DNA of 53,978 bases from Alphaproteobacteria bacterium (GCA_047517345.1 JAKZTB010000182.1:1-53978); one strand, 5' to 3'. Shown: positions 31,127 through 40,639, counted from the stretch's first letter. A program made the numbers and translations. Notes: generated by a model from the sequence alone, not told the origin.

Positions 31127-31175
31127 GACCGGATTTACAGGATTGTTGGAGGGCATCAATCCTGTAAATCCGGTC
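31127..31175. repeat. Perfect 19-bp-stem inverted repeat with an 11-nt loop
   Basis: GACCGGATTTACAGGATTG (31127-31145), loop TTGGAGGGCAT, CAATCCTGTAAATCCGGTC (31157-31175). No flanking U tract on either strand. Confidence 0.9.
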
Positions 31176-31286
31176 GCTACTAATAAGTAGAGCAAAGCAA
31201 CAGGACAAATGATAATCGCCTACGGCGGTTCCCATCAATCCTGATTTGCTCTAGCCGACGGCGTCAGCGAGGAAAACGTGGTGTCG

Positions 31287-33206
31287 ATGACGGAACGAGC
31301 GAGAACCGGTAGCGAGGCCGTGCCCAGCGGCAGCGACGGGCACCGCGGTCTGGCGTCCGGCGCCGCCGTCATCCAGTCCTACCTGCAAACCCTGCCGAGC
31401 GCGCCCGGCGTCTATCGCATGCTGAATCAGCGTGGCGACGCGCTTTATGTCGGCAAGGCGCATCAGCTGCGCAAACGGGTCGCGACCTACGCCAGCCCGT
31501 CGAAGCTGCCGATCCGATTGCAGCGCATGATCGCGGAAACCCGGTCGATGGAATTCGTGACCACGCATACCGAGGTCGAGGCGCTGCTCCTCGAATCGAA
31601 TCTGATCAAGAAATTGCGGCCGCGCTACAACGTACTGTTGCGCGACGACAAGACTTTCCCGCACATCCTGATCACCGGCGACCACGACTTCGCGCAGCTG
31701 GTCAAGCACCGCGGCGCGCGGAAGCGGGAAGGGCGGTACTTCGGGCCGTTCGCGTCGGCCGGTGCGGTCAACCGGACGATCGCCGCGCTGCAACGCGCAT
31801 TCCTGCTGCGCAACTGTTCGGATAACATCTTCCGCAACCGGACGCGGCCGTGCCTGCAATTCCACATTAAACGGTGCAGCGCGCCTTGCGTCGGGCGGAT
31901 CGGGAGGGAGGACTACGCGGAACTGGTCGGAGAAGCGCACGAATTCCTGACCGGCCATAGCGGCAAGGTTCAGGCCCGCCTGGCGCAACGCATGGAATCG
32001 GCAAGCGAAGCGCTCGAGTTCGAGGTCGCCGGACGCATCCGGGACCGCATCCGGGCGCTGACCCAGGTGCAAGCCCATCAAGACATAAACCTGTCCGGTC
32101 TGGAAGACGCAGATGTCATCGCGCTGCATCAGGAGGGCGGCCAAACCTGCGTCCAAGTGTTCTTCTTCCGCGGCGGCCGCAATTACGGCAACCGGGCCTA
32201 CTTCCCGAGTCACGACCGAAATTTAGAATCGGAGGACGTGCTCGCCGCCTTCGTGGGACAGTTCTACGACAACAAACCGCCGCCCCGTACCGTCCTGCTG
32301 AGCCATGAACTTTCCGAACGCGGCCTTATCGCCGAAGCGCTGTCGACCCGGGCCGGCCGAAAGGTGCATTTGCTGACGCCGCGACGCGGCGCCAAACGCA
32401 AACCGGTCGAACACGCGCTGGCCAATGCGCGCGAAGCGCTGGGACGCCGTCTTGCCGAAAGCGTAACCCACCGCCGCGCGCTGGAAGCGCTGGCGGCGCG
32501 GCTCGATCTCGATTCGGCGCCGGCGCGCATCGAAGTCTACGACAACAGCCATATCCAGGGCGCGAACGCCATCGGCGCAATGATCGTCAGCGGCCCGGAC
32601 GGGCTGATAAAAAACGCCTACCGCAAATTCAACATCAATACTGTGGGCGGTGAAGATGGGGCGGAGGCGGGCGACGACTATGCCATGATGCGCGAGGTTC
32701 TGACTCGGCGCTTTACGCGTGCTCTGAAAGAGGACCCGGACCGGTCCGACGGCAACTGGCCCGACCTGGTGATCGTCGATGGCGGCCGCGGGCAACTTGG
32801 CATTGCACGCGAGGTCTTCGCCGAACTTGGAATCGACGACGTCAATCTTCTCGGCGTCGCAAAAGGGCCCGACCGAAATGCCGGGCGCGAGCGCTTCTAT
32901 ACGCCGGGCGGCGTCGGGTTCACCCTGCCGCCGCGCGACCCATTGCTTTATTTCATCCAACGGCTGCGCGACGAAGCGCACCGTTTCGCAATCACCACCC
33001 ATCGCGCCAAACGGTCGCGCGAGATTTCCGCCTCGCCGCTCGACGAAATCGACGGCGTCGGCGCAAAACGGAAAAAGGCCTTGCTGCTTCATTTCGGCTC
33101 GGCCCGCAATGTTGCCCGGGCGGGGCTCGCCGACCTGGAGGCCGTCGGCGGCATCAGCAAAGCGTTGGCGGAGAAAATTTATGGCCATTTTCACGCCGAT
33201 CAGTAG
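31287..33206 (+). CDS. uvrC: Excinuclease ABC subunit C
   Basis: GIY-YIG N-terminus ([19 protein letters not shown]), UVR domain, endonuclease V-like domain and a C-terminal HhH domain. The start could be GTG 31278/31281 or ATG 31287, with an AGGAAA RBS at 31270. Confidence 0.95.
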   Translation: MTERARTGSEAVPSGSDGHRGLASGAAVIQSYLQTLPSAPGVYRMLNQRGDALYVGKAHQLRKRVATYASPSKLPIRLQRMIAETRSMEFVTTHTEVEALLLESNLIKKLRPRYNVLLRDDKTFPHILITGDHDFAQLVKHRGARKREGRYFGPFASAGAVNRTIAALQRAFLLRNCSDNIFRNRTRPCLQFHIKRCSAPCVGRIGREDYAELVGEAHEFLTGHSGKVQARLAQRMESASEALEFEVAGRIRDRIRALTQVQAHQDINLSGLEDADVIALHQEGGQTCVQVFFFRGGRNYGNRAYFPSHDRNLESEDVLAAFVGQFYDNKPPPRTVLLSHELSERGLIAEALSTRAGRKVHLLTPRRGAKRKPVEHALANAREALGRRLAESVTHRRALEALAARLDLDSAPARIEVYDNSHIQGANAIGAMIVSGPDGLIKNAYRKFNINTVGGEDGAEAGDDYAMMREVLTRRFTRALKEDPDRSDGNWPDLVIVDGGRGQLGIAREVFAELGIDDVNLLGVAKGPDRNAGRERFYTPGGVGFTLPPRDPLLYFIQRLRDEAHRFAITTHRAKRSREISASPLDEIDGVGAKRKKALLLHFGSARNVARAGLADLEAVGGISKALAEKIYGHFHADQ

Positions 33207-33264
33207 AATAAATCCTGATCGACGAACCGCCTGAAAAGGCGTTGTCGTCCAAGGAGATACCCGA

Positions 33265-33888
33265 ATGATCACCAGCCTGCCGAATCTCCTGACGCTGTCG
33301 CGGATTGGAGTGATCCCGGCAATCGTCGCGCTGTTTTGGGTGGATGGCGACCTGTGGCGCTGGATCATGCTCGGCCTCTATAACTTCGCCTGCCTGACCG
33401 ACTTCTTCGATGGGTATGCGGCGCGCTCCATGGGCACGATCTCGAATTTCGGCAAGTTTCTCGATCCGGTTGCGGACAAGATTTTGGTCGCGGCCGTCAT
33501 TTTCATGCTGGTCGCCTTCGACCGGATTACGGGACTATCCATCCTCGCCGGCTTGGTGATCCTGTGCCGCGAGATGCTTGTTTCGGGCTTGCGCGAGTTT
33601 CTGGCCGACATAAAGGTCGGCGTGCCTGTGAGCCGCCTCGCGAAGTGGAAGACGACGATCCAAATGGTCACGCTCGGATTCCTGATGGTCGGCGATGCGG
33701 CGCCAGCAGCAATTCCCGCGACGCTGATCGGCGAAGTGGGCCTTTGGGCTGCGGCGGCTTTGACGATTATCACCGGCTACGACTATCTGAAAACCGGGTT
33801 GAAGTATCTGACGGTAAACGATCCGAAACCGGCCGAACAAAAAGCCGAGCAGCCCGGACCCCATGCCGCCAAGAACGGCGCAAGCTAG
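33265..33888 (+). CDS. pgsA: CDP-diacylglycerol--glycerol-3-phosphate 3-phosphatidyltransferase
   Basis: CDP-alcohol phosphatidyltransferase motif DFFDGYAARSMGTISNFGKFLDPVADK, with multiple TM helices. Confidence 0.9.
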   Translation: MITSLPNLLTLSRIGVIPAIVALFWVDGDLWRWIMLGLYNFACLTDFFDGYAARSMGTISNFGKFLDPVADKILVAAVIFMLVAFDRITGLSILAGLVILCREMLVSGLREFLADIKVGVPVSRLAKWKTTIQMVTLGFLMVGDAAPAAIPATLIGEVGLWAAAALTIITGYDYLKTGLKYLTVNDPKPAEQKAEQPGPHAAKNGAS

Positions 33889-33962
33889 GAGCCTGTCCGA
33901 GTCATGCTTATAGACTGCACCGCGTTCTCAAGGGTTTGGGACGCCGTCCGGCGCAGGTCACC

Positions 33963-34484
33963 ATGAAGATTTTCGGCCTTGCGGGTTGGAGCGGGAGCGG
34001 AAAAACAACGCTGGTAATGCGCCTGCTGCCCGAACTCAACGGGCGGGGCTACACCGTTTCCACCGTGAAACACGCGCATCACAATTTCGATACCGACAAG
34101 CCGGGCAAGGATTCCTACGAGCACCGGCGCGCCGGCGCGACCGAAGTGATGGTCAGCTCCGTCAACCGGTGGGCGCTGATGCATGAAAATCGCGGCGGCC
34201 TCGAACCGGATCTCGACGCGTTGGCGGCCCGCATGACACCGGTCGACCTGCTGCTGGTCGAAGGCTTCAAACGCTACGGGCATGCGAAGATGGAAATTCA
34301 CCGGCCGTCGGTCGGCAAGGATCTGCTGTGTGTCGACGATCCTCATATCGTCGCCGTCGCCAGCGACGAAGCGCTGCCGCAGGTCAATGTCCCGGTATTG
34401 GACCTCAACGATGTATCGGCCATCGCCGATTTCATCGTCGCCCATGCCGGGCTCGAACAGAGCGGTTCCCGTGGCGCAGCTTAG
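33963..34484 (+). CDS. mobB: Molybdopterin-guanine dinucleotide biosynthesis adaptor protein MobB
   Basis: ATG 33963. Walker A GWSGSGKTT followed by VSTVKHAHH, typical of MobB. Confidence 0.9.
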   Translation: MKIFGLAGWSGSGKTTLVMRLLPELNGRGYTVSTVKHAHHNFDTDKPGKDSYEHRRAGATEVMVSSVNRWALMHENRGGLEPDLDALAARMTPVDLLLVEGFKRYGHAKMEIHRPSVGKDLLCVDDPHIVAVASDEALPQVNVPVLDLNDVSAIADFIVAHAGLEQSGSRGAA

Positions 34485-35748
34485 CGACGATTGTTTCGCC
34501 TTCGGCGATACGCTGACGCCGCTCGACGACGCGCTGCAGGCGTTGCGCGACCGCACGAATCCGATTGCCGAGACCGGTGAGATCGGGTTATCCGACGCGG
34601 TCGGCCGCATCCTGGCCGAGGACATCGTCGCACCGTTCAACGTGCCGCCGCACGACAACTCGGCCGTCGACGGTTACGCCGTCCGCTTCGACGATCTCGA
34701 TCCCGAAACGGAAACAAGGTTGCCGGTGACGGGCCGCGCCGCCGCCGGACACCCCCTGGGCCGGCCGGCGCAACGCGGGGAAGCGATCCGGATATTTACC
34801 GGTGCGCCGATGCCGCTCGGCGAAAACGCCCCCGATACGGTCATGATGCAGGAGGATTGCTGCGTCGACGGCGGCGCGGTCGTCATCATGCCGGGGATCA
34901 AGCGCGGTGCGAACCGGCGGGCGGCGGGAGAGGATATCCGCGAAAGCGAAACCGTTCTGCATAGCGGACAACATATGCGGCCGCAGGATGTCGGTGTCGC
35001 CGCATCGCTCGGCGTGACCCGGCTGCGCGTCTTCGAACCCTTGCGCGTCGCCGTTTTCTCCAGTGGCGACGAACTGCGCGAACCGGGCGGCAATCTCGAT
35101 CCCGGCGCAATTTTCGATTCCAACCGGTTTGCCCTGGCTGCGGCCTTAAGGCAGCTCGGCTGCATCGTTACCGATCTCGGTATCATTCGCGACGACATCG
35201 AGATCATCCGCGGCGCGCTTCGGGAAGCGGCCGGCGGGCACGACCTGCTCATCACCTCCGGCGGCATGTCGACAGGCGAGGAAGATCATGTGAAGGCTGC
35301 CGTCGAGACTTTGGGCTCGCTGTACTTCTGGCGTCTGGCGATCAAGCCCGGGCGACCGGTGGCGCTCGGTCAGATCGACACGCCGCAAGGGCCGGTCCCC
35401 TTCGCCGGCCTGCCCGGTAACCCCGTCGCCGCAATGGTTACCTTCATGGTCGTGGCGCGGCCGCTGATCTTGCGCTTATCGGGCGCCAGCGAGGTCGCGC
35501 CGATCAGTTACCGCGTGCGCGCCGGCTTCGAACACCGCAAGAAGATCAACCGCCGCGAATTCGTTCGCGCGAAAATCGTTACCGACCCGGACGGCTGGCC
35601 CAAGGCGCTGAAACACGGCCGTAGCGGCGCCGGTGTGCTGTCCTCGCTGGTCGGTGCCGACGGGCTGGTGTCGCTGCCGGAAGAGATGACCTTCCTGGAA
35701 ACGGGAAGCATGGTAGACTTTCTGCCGTTCGCAGAGGTCATGTCATGA
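34444..35748 (+). CDS. moeA: Molybdopterin molybdotransferase MoeA
   Basis: MoeA landmarks: PPHDNSAVDGYAV, the SSGDEL region, ITSGGMSTGEEDH and GLPGNPVAA. The start is ATG 34444 (41-nt overlap with mobB) or GTG 34471. Confidence 0.9.
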   Translation: MPGSNRAVPVAQLSDDCFAFGDTLTPLDDALQALRDRTNPIAETGEIGLSDAVGRILAEDIVAPFNVPPHDNSAVDGYAVRFDDLDPETETRLPVTGRAAAGHPLGRPAQRGEAIRIFTGAPMPLGENAPDTVMMQEDCCVDGGAVVIMPGIKRGANRRAAGEDIRESETVLHSGQHMRPQDVGVAASLGVTRLRVFEPLRVAVFSSGDELREPGGNLDPGAIFDSNRFALAAALRQLGCIVTDLGIIRDDIEIIRGALREAAGGHDLLITSGGMSTGEEDHVKAAVETLGSLYFWRLAIKPGRPVALGQIDTPQGPVPFAGLPGNPVAAMVTFMVVARPLILRLSGASEVAPISYRVRAGFEHRKKINRREFVRAKIVTDPDGWPKALKHGRSGAGVLSSLVGADGLVSLPEEMTFLETGSMVDFLPFAEVMS

Positions 35749-35996
35749 AAATTCTCTACTTCGCCTGGCTGCGGCAACGTACCGGGATCGGCGAGGAAGA
35801 CGTCGCACCGCCGGACAGCGTGCGCGATGTGGCATCGTTGATCGACTGGCTGAAGCAGCGCAGCCCTGAATTTGCCGAGGCGCTCCAAGATACCCAAGCC
35901 ATTCGCGTCGCCGTCGATCAGGAGTTCGCCACGCTCGACACCGCGCTGTCCGGAAACGAGGAAGTCGCCTTGTTCCCGCCGATGACGGGGGGCTGA
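35745..35996 (+). CDS. moaD: Molybdopterin synthase sulfur carrier subunit MoaD
   Basis: 83 aa with a ubiquitin-like fold pattern, ending in the diagnostic GG (FPPMTGG). ATGA overlap with moeA. Confidence 0.9.
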   Translation: MKILYFAWLRQRTGIGEEDVAPPDSVRDVASLIDWLKQRSPEFAEALQDTQAIRVAVDQEFATLDTALSGNEEVALFPPMTGG

Positions 35997-35997
35997 T

Positions 35998-36477
35998 TTG
36001 ACAATCCGAGTGCAGCGGGAAGATTTCGACGTCGGTGCTGAGATCGCGGCGCTGACCGAAGGCAATCCGAGTGTCGGCGGGGTAGCAAGTTTCGTCGGCC
36101 TGGTCCGCGACATGGCGGATGGAGAGCGGACCAGCGCGATGACTTTGGAACATTATCCTGGCATGACGGAAAAAATGCTGGCCGAGATCGATGCCGAAGC
36201 GCATGATCGATGGCCGTTGGAAGCCAGCCTCATCGTCCACCGATACGGGCGTCTCGAAGCGGGTGACCGCATCGTCCTCGTGATCGCCGCCAGCCCGCAC
36301 CGCGACGCGGCGTTCGATGCATGCCGGTTCCTGATCGATTGGTTGAAGACGAAAGCGCCGTTCTGGAAGCTCGAAGAAGCCGAGGACGGAGCAACGCGTT
36401 GGGTCGAGGCTAAGGACGCCGATGACGATGCAGCAGCGCGCTGGGAAACGAAGGCAGGGGCGAGAAAAGCAGGATAG
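35998..36477 (+). CDS. moaE: Molybdopterin synthase catalytic subunit MoaE
   Basis: MoaE landmarks: GGVASFVGLVRD, LEHYPGM and APFWKLEE. The only start that keeps the conserved N-terminus is TTG 35998, 1 nt after the moaD stop. Confidence 0.88.
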   Translation: MTIRVQREDFDVGAEIAALTEGNPSVGGVASFVGLVRDMADGERTSAMTLEHYPGMTEKMLAEIDAEAHDRWPLEASLIVHRYGRLEAGDRIVLVIAASPHRDAAFDACRFLIDWLKTKAPFWKLEEAEDGATRWVEAKDADDDAAARWETKAGARKAG

Positions 36478-36479
36478 TC

Positions 36480-36692
36480 ATGGCGGAAATCATCAATCTG
36501 CGCGAGTTCCGAAAAAGCAGAGACCGCAAATCGAAATCCACAAATGCTGCGCAAAACCGCGCAAAGTCTGGACGCAGCAAGGCTGAAACGGCGCGCGACC
36601 AGGACGCCGCGGAACGCGCCGATGCCGAAATAGACGGTAAACAGCTCGAGCACGGTAAAACCCGCCGCGACCAGCCGCCAGACCCGAAGTAG
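36480..36692 (+). CDS. DUF4169-like small basic protein
   Basis: MAEIINLREFRKSRDRKSK...NRAKSGRSKAE matches the DUF4169 N-terminal pattern as I recall it. It is packed 2 nt after moaE and 3 nt before the next gene. Confidence 0.65.
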   Translation: MAEIINLREFRKSRDRKSKSTNAAQNRAKSGRSKAETARDQDAAERADAEIDGKQLEHGKTRRDQPPDPK

Positions 36693-36695
36693 CCG

Positions 36696-37868
36696 ATGCC
36701 ACGAACCGGCGTCTTCCAGTACCTGTCGATCGACCGGGTCCGCTACGGCGCGCCTTTCGATGAGGCTGTCGCGGCGGAATCCGAATTGGTGGGCGCGGAA
36801 CGCGTCTTCGTCCTGGCCAGCGGAACGCTGGTCCGCGAAACCGATTGCATCGACCGGCTGCAAACCGCCCTCGGCGGAAAATACGCCGGGCTGTACGACA
36901 AGGTCGGCGCACACACGCCACGTCACGCGGTCGTCGGGGCGGCCAATATGGCCCGTGACGCCGGGGCCGACCTGATCGTCACGCTGGGGGGCGGGTCGGT
37001 CACGGATGGCGGCAAAATGATCGTGCTGTGCCTCGCCAACAATGTCCACGATCCGGTTGAGCTCGACTGTTTTTTCACGTGCATCGCCGACGACGGCACG
37101 GCCGAACAGCCGCCGCTTGCCGAACCGGACATCCGAATGATCAGCGTGCCAACCACTCTATCGGCCGGCGAGTTCAACTACACCGCCGGGTGCACCGATA
37201 CGGTGCGGGAGATGAAACAACTGTTCCGCCATCGGCGTCTGGCGCCGCAAGCCATCGTGCTCGATCCCGCGGTAACAATGCACACGCCGGAGTGGCTTTG
37301 GCTGTCGACCGGCGTGCGGGCCGTCGATCACGCCGTCGAAGACCTCTGTTCCCGCGATGCGCATCCTTTCGTCGACGGGACCGCGACGCACGCGCTGAAA
37401 CTGCTCGGCCGTGGCCTGCCGCGGGTGAAAGCGGACCCAACCGACCTGGAGGCACGGCTCGATTGCCAGACCGGCGCCTGGCTGTCGATGAACGGCGCCT
37501 TGGCGGGGGTCACGAAAGGCGCCAGCCACGGCATCGGGCACGTACTGGGCGGGACCGCAAAAGTGCCTCATGGGCACACCTCCTGCGTCATGCTGCCGAG
37601 CGTTCTGCGCTACAACGAGCCGGTCAACGCGGAACAGCAAGAAATGGTAAGCGCAGCGTTGGATCGGACCGGCGACAAGGCGGCGGACGCGGTGAGCAAT
37701 CTCATCGCGAATTTGAACCAACCCGCCACACTGCGCGCGGTTGGCGTGCGGCAAGAGCAACTCGACACGATCGCCCGCAACGCGATGCATGACCGGTGGA
37801 TTCACACCAATCCGCGTACGATTACGTCGCCAGATCAGGTCCGCGAAATTCTCGACATGGCCTGGTGA
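36696..37868 (+). CDS. Iron-containing alcohol dehydrogenase family protein (maleylacetate reductase-like)
   Basis: Fe-ADH fold landmarks: LGGGSVTDGGK, TTLSAGEF and the HGIGHVLGG / PHGHTSC metal-site region. Confidence 0.85.
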   Translation: MPRTGVFQYLSIDRVRYGAPFDEAVAAESELVGAERVFVLASGTLVRETDCIDRLQTALGGKYAGLYDKVGAHTPRHAVVGAANMARDAGADLIVTLGGGSVTDGGKMIVLCLANNVHDPVELDCFFTCIADDGTAEQPPLAEPDIRMISVPTTLSAGEFNYTAGCTDTVREMKQLFRHRRLAPQAIVLDPAVTMHTPEWLWLSTGVRAVDHAVEDLCSRDAHPFVDGTATHALKLLGRGLPRVKADPTDLEARLDCQTGAWLSMNGALAGVTKGASHGIGHVLGGTAKVPHGHTSCVMLPSVLRYNEPVNAEQQEMVSAALDRTGDKAADAVSNLIANLNQPATLRAVGVRQEQLDTIARNAMHDRWIHTNPRTITSPDQVREILDMAW

Positions 37869-37880
37869 GCGAGAGGGCAA

Positions 37881-39514
37881 TTGGTGCAAATCGTCCACGG
37901 ATGGCGTTTCAACAATATTCGTGGTGATATATACGGTGGCGTGACGGCCGCCGTCGTGGCGTTGCCGCTGGCGCTGGCTTTCGGTGTCGCGTCTGGTGCC
38001 GGTCCGATCGCGGGAATTTATGGGGCCATCGCCGTCGGTTTCTTCGCCGCGGTATTCGGCGGCACGCCGGCCCAAGTTTCCGGTCCGACCGGCCCCATGA
38101 CCGTCGTCATGGCGGCCATCGTCATTCAATACCAGCACGATCCAGCGCTCGCCTTCACCGTGGTCATGCTCGGCGGTCTGTTTCAGATTCTGTTCGGTGT
38201 ATTCCGCATCGGCCATTTCATCGACATGATGCCCTTCCCCGTCATATCCGGCTTCATGACCGGGATCGGGTGCATCATCATCATCCTGCAAATCGCGCCG
38301 CTGTTCGGGCACGACCTGCCGGCGGGCGGGACGTTGGGCGCCCTGATCGCTTTGCCCGACACCGTTTCAACGCCGAATATCGATGCGCTGTTCGTCGGCC
38401 TGGTTTGCTTCGCCATCGCCGCCTTCACGCCGGCGCGGATCGGCCGAATATTGCCGCCGCCGTTGATCGCGCTTTTCGTCGGCACGGGGTTGGTTTATGT
38501 CCTGCTGCCGGCGGCGCCGATCCTGGGTAACGTCCCCACGGGCCTGCCGGAGATAAAGCTGCCGGCCCTGGCTCTGGAGTCGCTCCCGCACATGATCGGC
38601 TCGGCGTTGGTCCTCGCGGTACTGGGATCGCTGGACAGCCTCCTCACGTCGCTGATCGCCGACAACGTCACCCGCACCCATCACAAGTCGGATCGGGAGC
38701 TTGTCGCACAAGGCATCGGCAATATGGTCTCCGGGTTGATCGGTGGGTTGCCGGGCGCGGGGGCGACGATGCGCACGGTCGTCAATGTCCGGGCCGGGGG
38801 CCGGACGCCAATTTCGGGCGCCCTGCACGCCGTCGTCCTGCTTGCCATCGTTCTTGGCATGGCGCCGCTTGCCGCCCATATCCCGAACGCCGTCCTGGCC
38901 GGTATTCTGTTCAAGGTCGGCATCGACATCATCGATTGGGATTATCTCAAGCGAATTCGCCGGGCGCCCAAGCAAGGCGTCTTCTTCATGATCGTCGTTC
39001 TCGGCCTGACGTTTTCGTCGATTTGATCGTCGCCGTCGCGGCCGGCGTCGTCATGGCCAGCCTCCTGTTCGTCAAGCGCATGGCCGATCTGCAGCAATCC
39101 GACATACGAAGCGCGCGGGCGACGCATCCCGAACTGGCTTTGACCGCGGAAGAATCCGAAATCATCGATCGGGCGGAGGGACGATTGCTACTGTTCAGCT
39201 TTACCGGTCCGATCAGTTTCGGCGTGGCCAAGCGATTGTCGCGGCGCCTCGGTTTGGCGGAGGATTTCGCCGTCTTGGTGCTGGATCTCACCGCCGTGCC
39301 GATGATCGATTCCAGCGCATCGCTGGCGCTGGAGGACGCCGTCTTGGACGCGCTGCGACGGAAGCGCACCGTGTTTATTGCAGGGTTAGCGCCCCTCGTC
39401 CACGACACGTTGGACCGCATCGGCACTCTGGCGAAGTTGCCGCAGGGCTGCTGCCAGGAAAGCCGGTTATCGGCCTTTCGCGCCGCCGCAGCGGCTGCGA
39501 AAGCCGACACTTAA
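37881..39514 (+). pseudogene. SulP family anion transporter with C-terminal STAS domain, split by a 1-nt frameshift at 39010/39011
   Basis: ORF 37881..39026 encodes the SulP membrane domain and ends ...FFMIVVLGLTFSSI*. The next frame continues VFVDLIVAVAAGVVMASLLFVKR plus a STAS domain, to 39514. One missing base after CTGAC rejoins them as LGLT-VFVDL. Confidence 0.85.
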
Positions 39515-39523
39515 CTCACATTT

Positions 39524-40417
39524 TTACGCCGCGCTCAGGGTCGCCGGCACTTCTCGGCGGACTTCGGCGTCATAGTCCTCCATCAAGGTCTTCGTCACCG
39601 CGCCGGGCGTGAAGCTGTATTCGCCAATTTCGCGCACCGGCGTGACTTCGACCGCGGTCCCCGTGAGGAAGACTTCCGTTGCACCGGCTAGCTCCTCCGG
39701 CTGGATATGCCGCTGCACGATCTCGTACCCGCGGGCTTCGGCGAGCGCCATCACGGTACGCTTGGTGATGCCGTCGAGGAAACAGTCCGGCTCCGGCGTA
39801 TGCAGCTTGCCGTCTTCGAGCAACATGAAGATGTTCGCACCCGTCGCCTCCGCGATGTAACCGCGATAGTCGAGCATCAGCGCGTCGGCGAAGCCCTCCT
39901 TCTCGGCGTCGTGCTTGGACAAGGTGCAGATCATGTAGAGACCGCCCGCTTTCGTCTTGCACGGGATCGTCGCCGGATCGGGCCGCCGCCATTTCGCCCA
40001 TTTCATCCGAATGCCGGTCATTCGGTCGGCGAAATAGTCCGGCCACTCCCACGCGGCGATGGCGACGTGAATTCGGGTCGTCTGCGCCGAGACGCCCATC
40101 ATCTCCGATCCCCGCCAGACGATCGGCCGGATATACCCATCCTTGATTCCTTGAGTCTGCACGACGAGCTCGCAAGCACCATCGATCTCCGCGATCGTAT
40201 AGGGAACGACCATGTCCATGGTCTGCGAGCCTTCGAACAGGCGTTCGGTGTGCTGCGTCAGCTTGAAAATACGGCCGTCATAGGCGCGCTCCCCCTCGAA
40301 AACGCAAGAGGCGTAATGCAGCGCATGGGAAAGGATGTGCGCATTGGCATCTTTCCACGGCACAAGTTCGCCGTCATACCAAATTTGACCTGGCCGGTCG
40401 TCGTAACTCATTTCCAT
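39524..40417 (-). CDS. ilvE: Branched-chain amino acid aminotransferase
   Basis: ATG 40417, 7 nt after AAGGAG. Class IV aminotransferase landmarks: HALHYASCVFEGERAY, GYIRP and the EVFLTGTA motif. Confidence 0.9.
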   Translation of the reverse strand: MEMSYDDRPGQIWYDGELVPWKDANAHILSHALHYASCVFEGERAYDGRIFKLTQHTERLFEGSQTMDMVVPYTIAEIDGACELVVQTQGIKDGYIRPIVWRGSEMMGVSAQTTRIHVAIAAWEWPDYFADRMTGIRMKWAKWRRPDPATIPCKTKAGGLYMICTLSKHDAEKEGFADALMLDYRGYIAEATGANIFMLLEDGKLHTPEPDCFLDGITKRTVMALAEARGYEIVQRHIQPEELAGATEVFLTGTAVEVTPVREIGEYSFTPGAVTKTLMEDYDAEVRREVPATLSAA

Positions 40418-40580
40418 AAAACTTCTCCTTTGGCATTCCGCCAAAACCCGTCGCCGTTCACTTATTTAGCCGGGCATCGCATGATCATTTCGCCTTGCGA
40501 GGATGCAAAAATTTGCCGATAACCTTCGAAATCGTAACATACCGTCGCAAAATCGACGAGGGATGTAACATTCTATTGTT

Positions 40581-40605
40581 TTTATGTCAATAGTACTGAC
40601 ATAAA
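40581..40605. promoter_or_regulatory. 25-bp perfect palindrome upstream of the MarR gene (candidate operator)
   Basis: TTTATGTCA-ATAGTAC-TGACATAAA has perfect 9-bp arms. It lies 35 nt upstream of the MarR start, in the ilvE/MarR divergent region. Confidence 0.5.
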
Positions 40606-40639
40606 TTACCCGAGACCCAGAAACGGAGCGGACAGAACC

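Noticed and set aside
31020-31238. 72-aa minus-strand ORF spanning the 19-bp hairpin.
   Set aside because: It is Cys/Ser/Arg-rich with low complexity and no RBS. It reads straight through a perfect palindrome and the DnaA boxes, so the region is more likely non-coding.
30732-31286. Calling this AT-rich, DnaA-box and CtrA-box region the chromosomal origin (oriC).
   Set aside because: Genes on both sides run in the same direction, so there is no strand switch. The usual alphaproteobacterial origin neighbours (hemE and associated genes) and dnaA are absent, and I cannot compute GC skew here. It is kept as a regulatory candidate in the findings rather than a called origin.
33889-33962. Moco riboswitch ahead of mobB-moeA-moaDE.
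   Set aside because: The gap is only 74 nt, far shorter than the Moco RNA motif of about 130-140 nt. No conserved motif elements were seen.
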